From Myxococcota bacterium (GTDB lineage: Bacteria; Myxococcota_A; UBA796; SXON01): 64,000 bases of DNA. Location: positions 199,002 through 263,001 of the forward strand of contig JAZKFH010000008.1 of assembly GCA_040386535.1 (NCBI GenBank), read 5' to 3'. Both the position numbers and the translations under genes were made by a program. This document shows, in pieces, positions 18,601-27,712 of the stretch. Each line of letters opens with the position of its first letter. The first letter of the stretch is position 1. The notes under the pieces were generated by a model. The model had not been told where the DNA came from and did not search any database. It saw nothing but the letters and a program-made list of their open reading frames with translations.

Positions 18601-19912
18601 CGCGCGGTCCCGTGTGCGCGCCACACGAGTGTTCACCACGGCCGACTCCGCCTACTCGCCGAGCAGCGCAGTCACGACCCCGAGTGGGGTGTGGATCAGC
18701 GCCCGCGCCGCCGCGGCGACTCCCGGGTTGCGCATCCTCCGCACGGAGGGCGGGAGGCTCGTGGCGCTCGCGCCGGCACCCGAGGCGGCCACGCCCGGCG
18801 CGGCCCGCTCCGCCACCACCCGCGCGCCGGCCACGGCCGGGGCCTCGTTCGCCCGTCCCTTCACCGCCCCGACGGATGACGGCGCGGATGCGCTGATTGC
18901 GCCCGCTCCGGCGGCACGCCGCCGGGCGTCCGACTGGGCAGCTGAGCGCCAACGTGTCGGCGAGGCGACGGCCTACCGCGGCGCCTACCGCACTCCCGAG
19001 GCGGTGGATCCCGCCGCTCCGGTGTACGCGTCTGCCGAGGGTGAGCGGGATACCGCGCGGCCCACCCGCACCCCCGCGCGTCGCGATCGTCCGCGCCGCA
19101 TCGCGGCGACCGCGGGAGACATGTCCCTGCCCACGCCGATGGCGGCGGGCGCATCCGGCGGGACGGTCGGAAGCGCGTCTGGCGAGACCCGCGGCCGTGC
19201 GCCGCTCGACGAGCGTCTCCACGGCGTGGCGGCCGGGACCCCCGACGGCGGCTCCCCCTCGTGGGCCGCGCGCTCCGACGGCGCGCCGCGCGTCCGGTCT
19301 CCGGGTGGCTTGTTCGAGGCGCTCGCGCGGGCGACCTCCACCGAAGAGATCGTGCGGGTCATCTACGCCCGCGCGGACGGCGTTCGTGAGACCCCCCTCG
19401 CGAAGGAAGCCCCGGTCGTCCAGGTCATCGAGCAGATCCGGCAGGAAGTGCGGCGTGAGCAAGCGGTCACCGAGACCGCCACGCGCGCCTCCCGGCTCGA
19501 CGCGCCCTCGACCACGACCATCCGCGGCACTTACGTGCAGCCGGTCAAGAGCACCACGCGCGTGAATCGCGGCGGCGTCCGCGGCGTCAACGCCACCGCG
19601 CGGTCCGTGTCGGCGGGCAGCGGCGACGATCGCATCATGAAGCTCGTCAAGAAGCTTCAAGGCCTCATCCACCTCGCCGAGGCCGAAGGGCGCCTCGCGG
19701 ACGCCCGGTCCCAGGTCCGGATGGCCGAGGACTCGGCGGGGGCGCGGGCTGAAGGGCAGGGGCCCGTCGGCACGTCCAAGGATGGCGGCGAAAAGGGTCA
19801 GAAGCAGGACATCGAGGCGCTCGGGCGCGAGGTCCTCGAGGTCGTGACGAGAGAGCTCGAATTCCGTCGTTCGCGGCGGGTGGAGGACCACGATGAGTCA
19901 AGCTGGTGGTGA
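15662..19912 (+). CDS. Very long Ala/Pro/Ser/Arg-rich eCIS protein, tape-measure candidate
   Basis: 1416 aa between tube and tube-initiator genes; GAGGAG RBS; folded-looking termini; C-terminal DIEALGREVLEVVTRELEFRRSRR helix. Confidence 0.7.
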   Translation: MPPNDGENRKIPGDRLVSRILTRVRRRPRMGLSPDFYARFGMADPWTAPEFGGEEPAANDGMVFLSAQPYYAMMRRLAAARRRRERRDTAFQARHPGGAAIRAVARHWPGETAASLAVSRIARLALDEMTLPPSAAAPAPAAPVVLAQGGPSAAPAPYRRAGSTYTSRGANAWWSTPFIPARVFGGSAPVEDAFAPEGDAPPPVRSASKPVASAGAAPARRVSAAQHAGARLADAAARGGTAARAIAAAVPASLGTRHLARVVEAIESLPPEEQQVQIRRVIRRLGASAPIVRTVFEEGEVSATAGAPAARPAQIAARRADPTSTAGLRPVLARSPAMALASAPEVDRAASGTLATAERSAEASGSSASLARLPRRAAATQRALARGASVPAAGVSSVPAPLAYARAVTSAALTASPVQRPSPAGAGPRGRPSLAGPGARAQDIAVTSTESLPAKAAAFASRMPASARAVSRYAASALPAEILQAEAANGAVRTTQGTWVAAKSVISSQRDPSIRASVRHAPASAHAASRVDAGQVEGRSVLPRAIPAPDRVLAALPLPPAPSVVAALSASPVARAERTSLFAAPVAPTGSTPVRTEKGAWVAARSPEGRAALLVASARNDRADTTGSTRSVGTATGATGSIAASGDAGRSVPSGAGERRALGTRAPSESPVASARTLAPAAFRTAEPASVVSTLQSASGADAVPAARPAATRAATGAAWAQPAAARPSGVVHAAARAPAPSAPGARASLVQDAPLFTRAAPSGPAASISTASRRSLAAPTLSTLAPSSAGPAAGAAPASPREMSDTRSPGAADARGVRVAAMRASTMRAPAMAHASARTELPVEGATLQPQVSPSARPVRAATLPARARAPHAARPSSVAAASRIDGLLTTALSEGRASARPRSVSNRPESASPGSSSPGSSSPGSSNLSRFARSGPLSFALPPLTTGSADAASGASSARGPASAARGPVASTAAERSPARSRVRATRVFTTADSAYSPSSAVTTPSGVWISARAAAATPGLRILRTEGGRLVALAPAPEAATPGAARSATTRAPATAGASFARPFTAPTDDGADALIAPAPAARRRASDWAAERQRVGEATAYRGAYRTPEAVDPAAPVYASAEGERDTARPTRTPARRDRPRRIAATAGDMSLPTPMAAGASGGTVGSASGETRGRAPLDERLHGVAAGTPDGGSPSWAARSDGAPRVRSPGGLFEALARATSTEEIVRVIYARADGVRETPLAKEAPVVQVIEQIRQEVRREQAVTETATRASRLDAPSTTTIRGTYVQPVKSTTRVNRGGVRGVNATARSVSAGSGDDRIMKLVKKLQGLIHLAEAEGRLADARSQVRMAEDSAGARAEGQGPVGTSKDGGEKGQKQDIEALGREVLEVVTRELEFRRSRRVEDHDESSWW

Positions 19913-20561
19913 CAAGGCCTACTTCGAGAGCCTCGACGACGGGGGCATCAAGTTCACGGTCCAGTACAACCCGAAGGAGTTCCAGGTCAACAAGGCGATG
20001 ACCTGGGAAGAGTCGAAGACGCAGGGGAAGGCGGTCAATCCGATCTCCTTCCAGAAGGGCGCGCCGATGACGGCGAGCTTCGATCTGCTCTTCGACACCA
20101 CGGGCGAGAGCTCGGCCGTGAACGTGCAGGACGCCTGGGTCACCGGGCTGCTCGCGCTCACGAACGCCACAGCCACACCCGGAAACGGCGAAGAGGCCGA
20201 GCTCCAGAAGAAGCGCCCGCACGCGCTCGTCTTCACATGGGGCGCCTTCACGATGAAGTGTGTCATCGAGTCGGTCAACGTGACCTACCTGATGTTCGCC
20301 AGCTCCGGCGAGGCGGTGCGTGCGCGCTGCTCCGTGAAGCTCAAGGAGTGGACACCCCTCTCCGAGGTCGACAACAACGAGAAGTTCGGGGCCAACTCGG
20401 GCGGAAGCGCCTGGGGAACGGGCTCGATCGTGCTCGTCGGCAGCGGGCAGACCTTGTCGCAGATCGCGCAGGCCTCCGGCAGCGACATGCGTACGGTCGC
20501 CGCCGCCAACGGCATCACGGACCCGATGGCGGACATGACCGGCCTGGAAATCAAGGTCTAG
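19893..20561 (+). CDS. CIS tube initiator (Afp7-like) with C-terminal LysM
   Basis: VQYNPKEF, DLLFDTT, RPHALVFTWG, VIESVNVTYLMFASSGEAVRA; LysM-like GQTLSQIA...AAANGITDP. Confidence 0.9.
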   Translation: MSQAGGDKAYFESLDDGGIKFTVQYNPKEFQVNKAMTWEESKTQGKAVNPISFQKGAPMTASFDLLFDTTGESSAVNVQDAWVTGLLALTNATATPGNGEEAELQKKRPHALVFTWGAFTMKCVIESVNVTYLMFASSGEAVRARCSVKLKEWTPLSEVDNNEKFGANSGGSAWGTGSIVLVGSGQTLSQIAQASGSDMRTVAAANGITDPMADMTGLEIKV

Positions 20562-20573
20562 CGGGAGGACACC

Positions 20574-21617
20574 ATGGCCGAAGCGAAGGGTGGGGCGCGC
20601 AGCGCTACCAGCTACAAGGTGACCATCGGGAGCAAAACCTTCGGTCAGACCGAAGGTGATGGGCTCGAGCAGCTCGTGATCGAAGATCACGTGGACATGG
20701 TCGAGCACATGTCCCTTCGCCTCGCCGGCATCGAGGGCCAGCCGAAGTGGGAGATCAACATCGGCGACGCCGTCGAGGCGAAGCTCGGCGCGGGAGATGT
20801 CGTCCTGTTCGCCGGTGAGGTCATCGCGCTCGAGCCGTCGTGGGCGGTCGACGGCCTGATGTCCATGACCGTGCGCTGCCTCGACAAGGCGCATCGCCTC
20901 GCGCGTGGCCGCAAGACCCGCTTCTTCGAGAACAAGAAGGACAGCGACGTCGCCACGACCGTGGGCGGGGAGTGCGGGCTCTCGGTCGAGACGGACCCGA
21001 CCGAGGAGGTACATCCGTACATCCTTCAGCGCAACGAGTCGAACCTCGCGTTCCTCAAGCGGCTCGCCGCGCGCAACAACTTCCAGGTCACGGTCGACGA
21101 GAACAAGCTCATTTTCAAAAAAGGTGCGTTCTCCGGCGCCCCCACGAAGATCGAGATGGGGAAGAGCCTGCGCTCGCTCCGCATGGGCTTCAACAGCATG
21201 GAGCAGGTCGACCAGGTCGTCGTGCGCGGCTGGGACATCCGCGAGAAGAAGGAGATCGTCGGAACCGCCTCCAGCGGGGACATCGAGACGATCGGCGGGG
21301 GGCAATCGGGCGCGGCCGTGTCGACCTCGAAGTTCGGGGCCAACATCGCGTACATCACGGACGTGCCGGTCGGCACGCAGTCCCAGGCCAACGCGATGGC
21401 GAAGGCCGAGCTGAACCGCCTCGCGCGCCAGTTCGCCAAGGGTACGTGCACGGTCGATGGGAACGATGGGCTGCGCGCGGGTCAGGTGGTCGAATTCGCC
21501 GGGTTGAACGCCAACCACAACGGCAAGTTCTACATCATCTCGACGCGGCACATCATCTCGCCCACGACGGGCTACCTGACCGAGCTGACCTTCTGCAGCA
21601 ATACGATGGGCACGTAA
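20574..21617 (+). CDS. Baseplate hub (phage late control D / VgrG gp27-like part only)
   Basis: QRNESNLAFLKRLAARNNF, VVVRGWD..KKEIVG, LRAGQVV, GKFYIISTRH; ends without an OB-fold or spike. Confidence 0.9.
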   Translation: MAEAKGGARSATSYKVTIGSKTFGQTEGDGLEQLVIEDHVDMVEHMSLRLAGIEGQPKWEINIGDAVEAKLGAGDVVLFAGEVIALEPSWAVDGLMSMTVRCLDKAHRLARGRKTRFFENKKDSDVATTVGGECGLSVETDPTEEVHPYILQRNESNLAFLKRLAARNNFQVTVDENKLIFKKGAFSGAPTKIEMGKSLRSLRMGFNSMEQVDQVVVRGWDIREKKEIVGTASSGDIETIGGGQSGAAVSTSKFGANIAYITDVPVGTQSQANAMAKAELNRLARQFAKGTCTVDGNDGLRAGQVVEFAGLNANHNGKFYIISTRHIISPTTGYLTELTFCSNTMGT

Positions 21618-21706
21618 GGGCACGGACCGTGCGAGCATGTCGATCATGCTCGCGTGGCCCGCGCCACGATCGCCCCCAACTGAACGCCTAGCTCCGGATC
21701 CACATC

Positions 21707-22096
21707 ATGGCGAACCCTCGAGAGATCCTCGGGCGCGGCTGGTCGTTTCCGTTCCAATTCGACTCCGCCAAGGGCACCGTCGGCCTGTCCGAGTTCGAAG
21801 AGAACATCCGGCAGAACATCACCATCATCCTCGGTACGAAGCCAGGCGAACGTCAGATGCTGCCGTCGTTCGGCTGCCGCATCCACGAACTGTTGTTCGC
21901 GCCGAACACGCGCGCCACGAGCGCGATGGTGGCGCACCACGTGACCGAGGCTTTGCGCCGGTGGGAGCGGCGGATCGAGGTGGTGAAGGTGAATTCGGAG
22001 CCCGGGTACGACGGGTCGGTCAAGGTCGTGGTTGAATACCGCGTCCTGGCCACGAACTCCGTCCAGAGCCTGAACTACACCATCTCAAACAGGTAG
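21707..22096 (+). CDS. gp25/GPW-like baseplate protein (Afp9-like)
   Basis: LGRGWSFP, IILGTKPGERQMLPSFGCRI, ALRRWERRI. Confidence 0.93.
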   Translation: MANPREILGRGWSFPFQFDSAKGTVGLSEFEENIRQNITIILGTKPGERQMLPSFGCRIHELLFAPNTRATSAMVAHHVTEALRRWERRIEVVKVNSEPGYDGSVKVVVEYRVLATNSVQSLNYTISNR

Positions 22097-22098
22097 TC

Positions 22099-25000
22099 AT
22101 GCCGATCCGCCCCCCGAACCTCGACGATCGCCGGTACGAGGAGATCCTCCGCGAGGCACGCGCGCTCATCCCGCAGTACTCGCCTGAGTGGACCAACCTC
22201 TCGGATGCCGATCCGGGCATGACGCTCGTCCAGCTCTTCGCCTGGATGACGGAGATGATCATCTTCCGGCTCAACCAGGTGCCGGACAAGACCTACATCC
22301 ACTTCCTCAACTTCATCGGGGAAGAGCGCAAGCCCGCCCGCCCCGCGGTCGCCCCCGTCACGTTCTCGCTCAAGGGCGAGCGTCCGGCCGAGATCCCGCC
22401 GTTCACCCGCTGCGCCACGCGGCAGCGGGAGGACTCCACGTCGGCGGACTTCGTCACGGTGGACGGCGTCACGGTGCACGGCGCAACCATCACGCGGGTG
22501 ATGGCGGTTCGTGGCGGAAATCGCCCCGCCGTGCGCGAGGTCCCCTTCAGCAACCTCCACGACAACCGCTCGGCCCTGCTCTTCGCGGGTGGCCGCGGTG
22601 TCGATCTTTTCGACCTGGATCCCACCGAGTTCGGGCCCGACGCCTACACGCCGAACCAGTACTTCTACGTCGCGCACGAGGACGTGCGCCTGATGGACAT
22701 CTCGCCCGAGGAGGAGCGCCCGCTGGGGCGGCTGCTCGTGCGGCGTGCCGGTCGCGACGGGGACACCCTCTCGATCGCCTCGTTCTTCTCGTGGGAGTAC
22801 CCGACGGACGAGGGCTGGCTGCCCATCCCCGTCGATCAGGAGGCCCAGGAGTCGCTCGGCATGCCCGAGATGGCGCTGGTCACGTCGCTGCCCGGCGTGG
22901 TGCCGATCGACGGCTTCGCGCTCGAGGAGCGGGACCTCGCGTTCCCCGACGCGGTCTCCAAGGAGCGCTGGTGGATCCGCGGCCGCCTCGACTACGAGCG
23001 CTGGATCGCCAGCCGCATGCTCCAGGATCTCGAGATCTCCTGGCGCGACGATCGCGGCGGCGAAGAGCGCCCCATCAACAACTGGGAGGTCCGGTCCACC
23101 GGCCGCACCCTCGAGTTCTTCCTCCAGGACGTGCCGCCGATCCGCGGCGGCTGGACCATCCGCTTCGCCCTGGTCGACCGCGGCCTGCCGGCGGGGCGCA
23201 ACAGCTACCTCCCGCGCTACCGGTGGTATTACCGCCGCGGCGAGGGCTGGGAAGAGATCCCCCGCGAGCGCGTGCGCATCGAGGGGACCGTGGTGCTCGT
23301 CACCGGCCCCCTCACCGACATGGCGACGGACGGCTACAACCTCCGCGCCGAGCGCATCGAGACCGTGTTCCTCCAGGGGTTCATCCCGGAGCTCGAGCTC
23401 GACCTGACATGGGTGCGCCCCATCGAGCTCGACCTGTACTCTGGTGACGATCCGCGGCGGCTCGAGTCGCTGCTGCTCACCGAGGGGCCCTGGTCGCCGT
23501 TCCAGCTCTCGCCGGTCATCCCGCCGACCCTCGGCCGCAAGTGGTACATCGGCTCGGACTTGTTCGAGAATCGTCGCAAGGCGCCGGTGGTGGTCGAGAT
23601 CGACGTCGCGTTCGAGATGAACGGCGCGCCGATCCCCGAGCCCGCCGAGCTGTACCTGCTCCAGCTCACCTACCGCGCGGACGACAACTGGCGCGTGGTG
23701 TGGTCGGACGACAAGATCTTCTCGGGGTTCACCTTCGCGAATCTCGACCCCGCGGGCGCCAAAATCGCCGGCGTGCGCACCATCCGCATCGTGATCGATC
23801 CGGAGAAGCAGCTCCGGGGCCTCGCCCGCGCGGACGTGGGGGGCCGCGAGACCACCTGGATCCGCTTCGAGCTCGTCAAGGCGAGCCTGACCGGCCAGGA
23901 TGAGAAGAAGGTGCAGCACCCGATCGTACCGCGCATTCACGCGGTTCGGCTCGGCGTCGAGGGTGCCGTGGGCGCCAAGGCCTACGAGCAGCCGCTCCCC
24001 GGGCCGAAGATGGCCCAGCTCGACTTCCGCGAGCACAACCGGCGGCTCACGCGCATCCTCACCCGCGCCGTCGGGCGCCTGGGCGAGTTCTTCCCGTTCT
24101 TCCCCTTCGTCGAGATCAAGGAGGAGAACCAGGCGCTCTACCTCCAGTTCGACAAGCCCATCCCGCCCGGTCGCCGCCACGTGATCTCGTTCCGCACACG
24201 CGGCGAGACCTACCTGCCCGAAGGGGTGCGGGTGGAGTGGGAGATGCTGGAGGCGCGGGACCACGGCCGCTTCGGCTGGCGCCGGCTGCACGCGCCGGGC
24301 GAGGGCGAGAACATGCCCTACCAGCTCACCGGCACGGGTACGCTCGACTTCCCGCTCCCCGAGACGCCGGCGATGGTCGCCGACGGCTTCTGGCTCCGCG
24401 CACGTTTTGCGCTCCCGGGTGACCTCGCGGTCGATCGCCTGCCGACCCTCCCGCCCGTCACGCACATGCTGCTCAACACGGTCGACGTGGTGAACCTCGT
24501 GACCGTACGGACCGAGAAGTACTCGGGCCTCGGCGTTCCCGGCCAGATCATCCAGCTCCGCAAGGCGCCGGTGTTCCTCCACCAGCGCGAAGGCGAGCGC
24601 GGTATCTTCAAGGACGCCAAGGCGTTCCCCGATCTGCGCGTGTGGGTCGAGCTCGAGGACGGTACGATCGAGCCCTGGCAGCGGGTGGACGAACAGTCGC
24701 TCCTCACCGCCAAGAAGGACGCGCGCATCTTCGTGGTCGACCCGGTGGAGGGCACACTCACCTTCGGGAACGGCATCCGCGGCAAGATGCTCCCGGTGGG
24801 CTCCTCGAACATCACGGTCGACACGTACCGCTTCGTGCCCGGCAACAAGGGCAACGTGGCGGCGGGCGAAATCAACGTGGTGGAAGGCTACGCGGATGTC
24901 GTGAAGGCCGAGAACCTGCTCCCCGCGAGCGGTGGCCACGACGCCGAGACCATCGAGGAGATCATCCGGCGCGCGCCGAGCCTCCTCACCTCGCGCGACC

Positions 25001-25605
25001 GCGCGGTCACCCGCACCGACTTCGCCGTCATCGCGACGGAGGCCTCGGGTGAGGTCGCCCGCGCCGCGTGTGACGGCAGCATCGGGGCCGACGGCACGGT
25101 CGAGGTCATCATCCTGCCGCGCCGCCGCGACGGGGAGCTGTTCCCCGACCCGTTCCTGTCAACCGGCCTGCGCGACCACGTCCAGCGCTACCTGAAGAAG
25201 CGCTGCCTGATCAACGTGCTCCCTGTGGTGCGCCTCGCGCAGTTCCTCCCGATCGACGTGAGCGTGACCCTGCGCCTCCGTCCGAACGCAAACCTGCTCG
25301 CGGTACGCGAGGCCGCCCAGAAATGGGTGGAACGTTTCCTCGATCCGTACGTCGGCGGGCTCGACAGCCAGGGTTGGCCGTTCAGCGGCACGCTCTACGC
25401 ACAGGACTTCGCGCGCATGGTCTCGGGCATCCCCGAGGTGCGGCACGTCATCGACGTGGCGCTCTACGACATGGGCGGCGAGAAGCGCCGTCGTGGCGTG
25501 CCGGGTTGGGAGGAGGGTGAGGGTGTGAAGGAGCTGTTCCTGGTCGAGCACGACCTCTTCGCCGTCCGGCGGGTGCGCGTGCGCACCGAGGAAGCGTTCG
25601 AGTGA
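22099..25605 (+). CDS. Large baseplate J-like protein (Afp11-like)
   Basis: PNLDDRRYEEI, PEWTNLSDADPGMTLVQLFAW, FGNGIRGKMLP, GGHDAET, RDRAVTRTDF, GWPFSG. Confidence 0.92.
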   Translation: MPIRPPNLDDRRYEEILREARALIPQYSPEWTNLSDADPGMTLVQLFAWMTEMIIFRLNQVPDKTYIHFLNFIGEERKPARPAVAPVTFSLKGERPAEIPPFTRCATRQREDSTSADFVTVDGVTVHGATITRVMAVRGGNRPAVREVPFSNLHDNRSALLFAGGRGVDLFDLDPTEFGPDAYTPNQYFYVAHEDVRLMDISPEEERPLGRLLVRRAGRDGDTLSIASFFSWEYPTDEGWLPIPVDQEAQESLGMPEMALVTSLPGVVPIDGFALEERDLAFPDAVSKERWWIRGRLDYERWIASRMLQDLEISWRDDRGGEERPINNWEVRSTGRTLEFFLQDVPPIRGGWTIRFALVDRGLPAGRNSYLPRYRWYYRRGEGWEEIPRERVRIEGTVVLVTGPLTDMATDGYNLRAERIETVFLQGFIPELELDLTWVRPIELDLYSGDDPRRLESLLLTEGPWSPFQLSPVIPPTLGRKWYIGSDLFENRRKAPVVVEIDVAFEMNGAPIPEPAELYLLQLTYRADDNWRVVWSDDKIFSGFTFANLDPAGAKIAGVRTIRIVIDPEKQLRGLARADVGGRETTWIRFELVKASLTGQDEKKVQHPIVPRIHAVRLGVEGAVGAKAYEQPLPGPKMAQLDFREHNRRLTRILTRAVGRLGEFFPFFPFVEIKEENQALYLQFDKPIPPGRRHVISFRTRGETYLPEGVRVEWEMLEARDHGRFGWRRLHAPGEGENMPYQLTGTGTLDFPLPETPAMVADGFWLRARFALPGDLAVDRLPTLPPVTHMLLNTVDVVNLVTVRTEKYSGLGVPGQIIQLRKAPVFLHQREGERGIFKDAKAFPDLRVWVELEDGTIEPWQRVDEQSLLTAKKDARIFVVDPVEGTLTFGNGIRGKMLPVGSSNITVDTYRFVPGNKGNVAAGEINVVEGYADVVKAENLLPASGGHDAETIEEIIRRAPSLLTSRDRAVTRTDFAVIATEASGEVARAACDGSIGADGTVEVIILPRRRDGELFPDPFLSTGLRDHVQRYLKKRCLINVLPVVRLAQFLPIDVSVTLRLRPNANLLAVREAAQKWVERFLDPYVGGLDSQGWPFSGTLYAQDFARMVSGIPEVRHVIDVALYDMGGEKRRRGVPGWEEGEGVKELFLVEHDLFAVRRVRVRTEEAFE

Positions 25606-26723
25606 GCACCGAGCTTGCGCTGCATCGCCGGGGGCAGGTGCCCGCCGTGTCGGGGGGCGACTACCGCTACCTCGAGGACACGGTCCGCATCGGGTATCCG
25701 GTGCGGGACGCGATCACGTACCTCAACCGGCACCTCGGGAACCCCGTGGGCTACCGCCTGGTCGAGGCGCTCCGCGGCGAGCGCCCTGGCAGCGTGCGCA
25801 CCGCGGAGATCCAACCCGCCGTCGGTGGCGAGCCGACCTACGTGCGCGGCATCCGCGTGCTCCCCGACGGCACGCCGGCCTCCTACTTCACCCCGGATGA
25901 CCTGGTCTCCGTCCTGACCGAGGTGGTCACCCCCGACGGCCGCCCGGCGACCTCGCTCCAATCCCGCGACCGCATCGTCCTGCACATTCCCGTGCGCGGC
26001 TACCTGCGGTATCTGCCCGGCCTCTTCCAGGGCGCGGTGCCAGCATCGCGTCGCGACATCGTTCGTGCGGACGAGGTCAGCGCCCGGCGCTGGGGCACCA
26101 AGGAGTCGCCGCACACCGCCGAAGTCCAGAGCTTCAACGCCGATGGGCTGCGCCGGTTCCTGTTCATCTTCCAGCACCTGATGACGACGATCACGGACAA
26201 GATCGACACGATCCCGTCCCTGATCGATCCGATGAGCACCGACCCGCGCTTCCTGCCGTGGATCGCGAGCTGGGTGAGCTTCGAGCTGGACAGCTCGCTG
26301 CCCATCCACAAGCAGCGGGACCTGACCCGGCGCGCGATCCGCCTGCTCCGCACCCGCGGCACGCTGGCGGGCGTCGAGGAGATGATCCAGGTGCTCACCA
26401 ACGCGCCCGTCACGGTCGAGGAGCTGCGCAAGCCAACCTCGTTCGTGCTCGGCAAGTCGGCGCTCGCCGGCGGCGCCTCGGTCGAGGAGCGGTTCGTCCG
26501 CAACGAGCCGGCCGCCAGCTTCCTGCTCGACGAGGGGCGCGCGGCCACCACGTTCTTCGCGCTCGTGCTCCAGCCGGTCGAACAGTTCCGGCAGGACTTC
26601 GGAGAGCGCGCCCCGGGCGTCCTGCGCCGCATCGCGCAGATCGTCACCAACGAGAAGCCCTCCCACATCACGTTCACCATCCTCTTCTCGCGCGACGGGG
26701 ACCCCCCCAAGCGCGGCGGATAG
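25602..26723 (+). CDS. Phage tail protein I-like baseplate wedge (Afp12-like)
   Basis: YLRYLPGLFQ, LRRFLFIF, DPRFLPWIASWV, RTRGTLAG, NEKPSH. Confidence 0.88.
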   Translation: MSTELALHRRGQVPAVSGGDYRYLEDTVRIGYPVRDAITYLNRHLGNPVGYRLVEALRGERPGSVRTAEIQPAVGGEPTYVRGIRVLPDGTPASYFTPDDLVSVLTEVVTPDGRPATSLQSRDRIVLHIPVRGYLRYLPGLFQGAVPASRRDIVRADEVSARRWGTKESPHTAEVQSFNADGLRRFLFIFQHLMTTITDKIDTIPSLIDPMSTDPRFLPWIASWVSFELDSSLPIHKQRDLTRRAIRLLRTRGTLAGVEEMIQVLTNAPVTVEELRKPTSFVLGKSALAGGASVEERFVRNEPAASFLLDEGRAATTFFALVLQPVEQFRQDFGERAPGVLRRIAQIVTNEKPSHITFTILFSRDGDPPKRGG

Positions 26724-26726
26724 CCC

Positions 26727-27665
26727 GTGGATCACAAGAACTTCTTCCAGCTCTCCCGGCTCCGCCCCTTCGAGGGGCTCTGCCTCACCGCGAAGGACCT
26801 CGCGGACGAGCAGGCCTACCACCGTCGCAACCTGCAGCGGCACGTGCTCTACATGCACGGGCACGGCATCGTGCAGGGGCTCCAGGTCGAGATCGAACAG
26901 CGCAAGGACAAGTACGTCGCCGTCATTCAGGCCGGGTACGGCGTGACGCGGCTCGGCCAGGGCGTGCTCCTGCCTGAGGCCGTCGCGGTGCCGCTCGAGG
27001 TGCCCCGCCAGGACGGCGAGTACATGTTGTGGCTCTTCCACGTGGAGACCCCGGACGACGGCACGATGCGTCCGCTGTTCGACACGAACGAGAAGAAGGA
27101 AGCGCGGATGCGCGAGTTCTCGGCGCCGCGTCTGCACGCGATCGAGGAGGACTGCGCCGACGCCATCGCGCTCACGCGCATCAACGTGCGCCTCGGGCGC
27201 ATGGTGCAGGTGCTCCTGCCGGTGCCGCGCGCCGGGCGTCAGTCCCGCGCCGCCGAATCGTACCTCAAGCCGCGCGTGGTCGAGTTCATCCGCGTGAACA
27301 AGAACATCATCACCAACCTGCGCCGTACGGCCCAGCTGCAAGAGCTCGAGCTCGGCATGCTCGGGTTCTTCTCGTCGCTGGTGAGCTCGGAGTTCCTCCT
27401 CATCGAGGAGGGCACGTCCGACCGCGTGTTGTACCGGACCGCGGGCTCGCTCATCAACTACGCCCACGACTTCTACAACACGCTCCCCCGCACGATCGAT
27501 CGCATCGACAAGTTCAAGGAGTTCGTGCGCCGCGTGAACGCGGAAGTGCCGGGCGCCGAGCAGGGCGACGAGATCTGGCTCCGGTGGTTCGACAAGTTCG
27601 AGCGCCTGCTCCAGCCCCTCGGAAAGATCGTCGAGGAGCTCGAGCGGACGGTCGAGGCCCAGTGA
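26727..27665 (+). CDS. eCIS fibre-base-like hypothetical protein
   Basis: RLRPFEGLCLTAKDLADEQAYH...GHGIVQGLQV...VIQAGYGV N-terminus as in post-wedge CIS genes; helical C-terminus. Confidence 0.7.
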   Translation: MDHKNFFQLSRLRPFEGLCLTAKDLADEQAYHRRNLQRHVLYMHGHGIVQGLQVEIEQRKDKYVAVIQAGYGVTRLGQGVLLPEAVAVPLEVPRQDGEYMLWLFHVETPDDGTMRPLFDTNEKKEARMREFSAPRLHAIEEDCADAIALTRINVRLGRMVQVLLPVPRAGRQSRAAESYLKPRVVEFIRVNKNIITNLRRTAQLQELELGMLGFFSSLVSSEFLLIEEGTSDRVLYRTAGSLINYAHDFYNTLPRTIDRIDKFKEFVRRVNAEVPGAEQGDEIWLRWFDKFERLLQPLGKIVEELERTVEAQ

Positions 27666-27712
27666 TCCGGATGACACCGTGAATCGGATGACAGAGTGAT
27701 CCGGATGATCCA
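27662..27712 (+). repeat. 3 x 17-bp tandem repeat filling an intergenic gap
   Basis: GTGATCCGGATGACACC / GTGAATCGGATGACAGA / GTGATCCGGATGATCCA, then the GTG start at 27713. Confidence 0.8.

Noticed and set aside
10269..27665. Prophage tail or R-type pyocin
   Set aside because: No capsid, portal, terminase, integrase or lysis genes; the Afp15-like ATPase, Pvc16-like cap and DUF4157 point to eCIS.
10269..27665. Type VI secretion system
   Set aside because: Single-chain phage-type sheaths; no TssB/C, TssJLM or ClpV.
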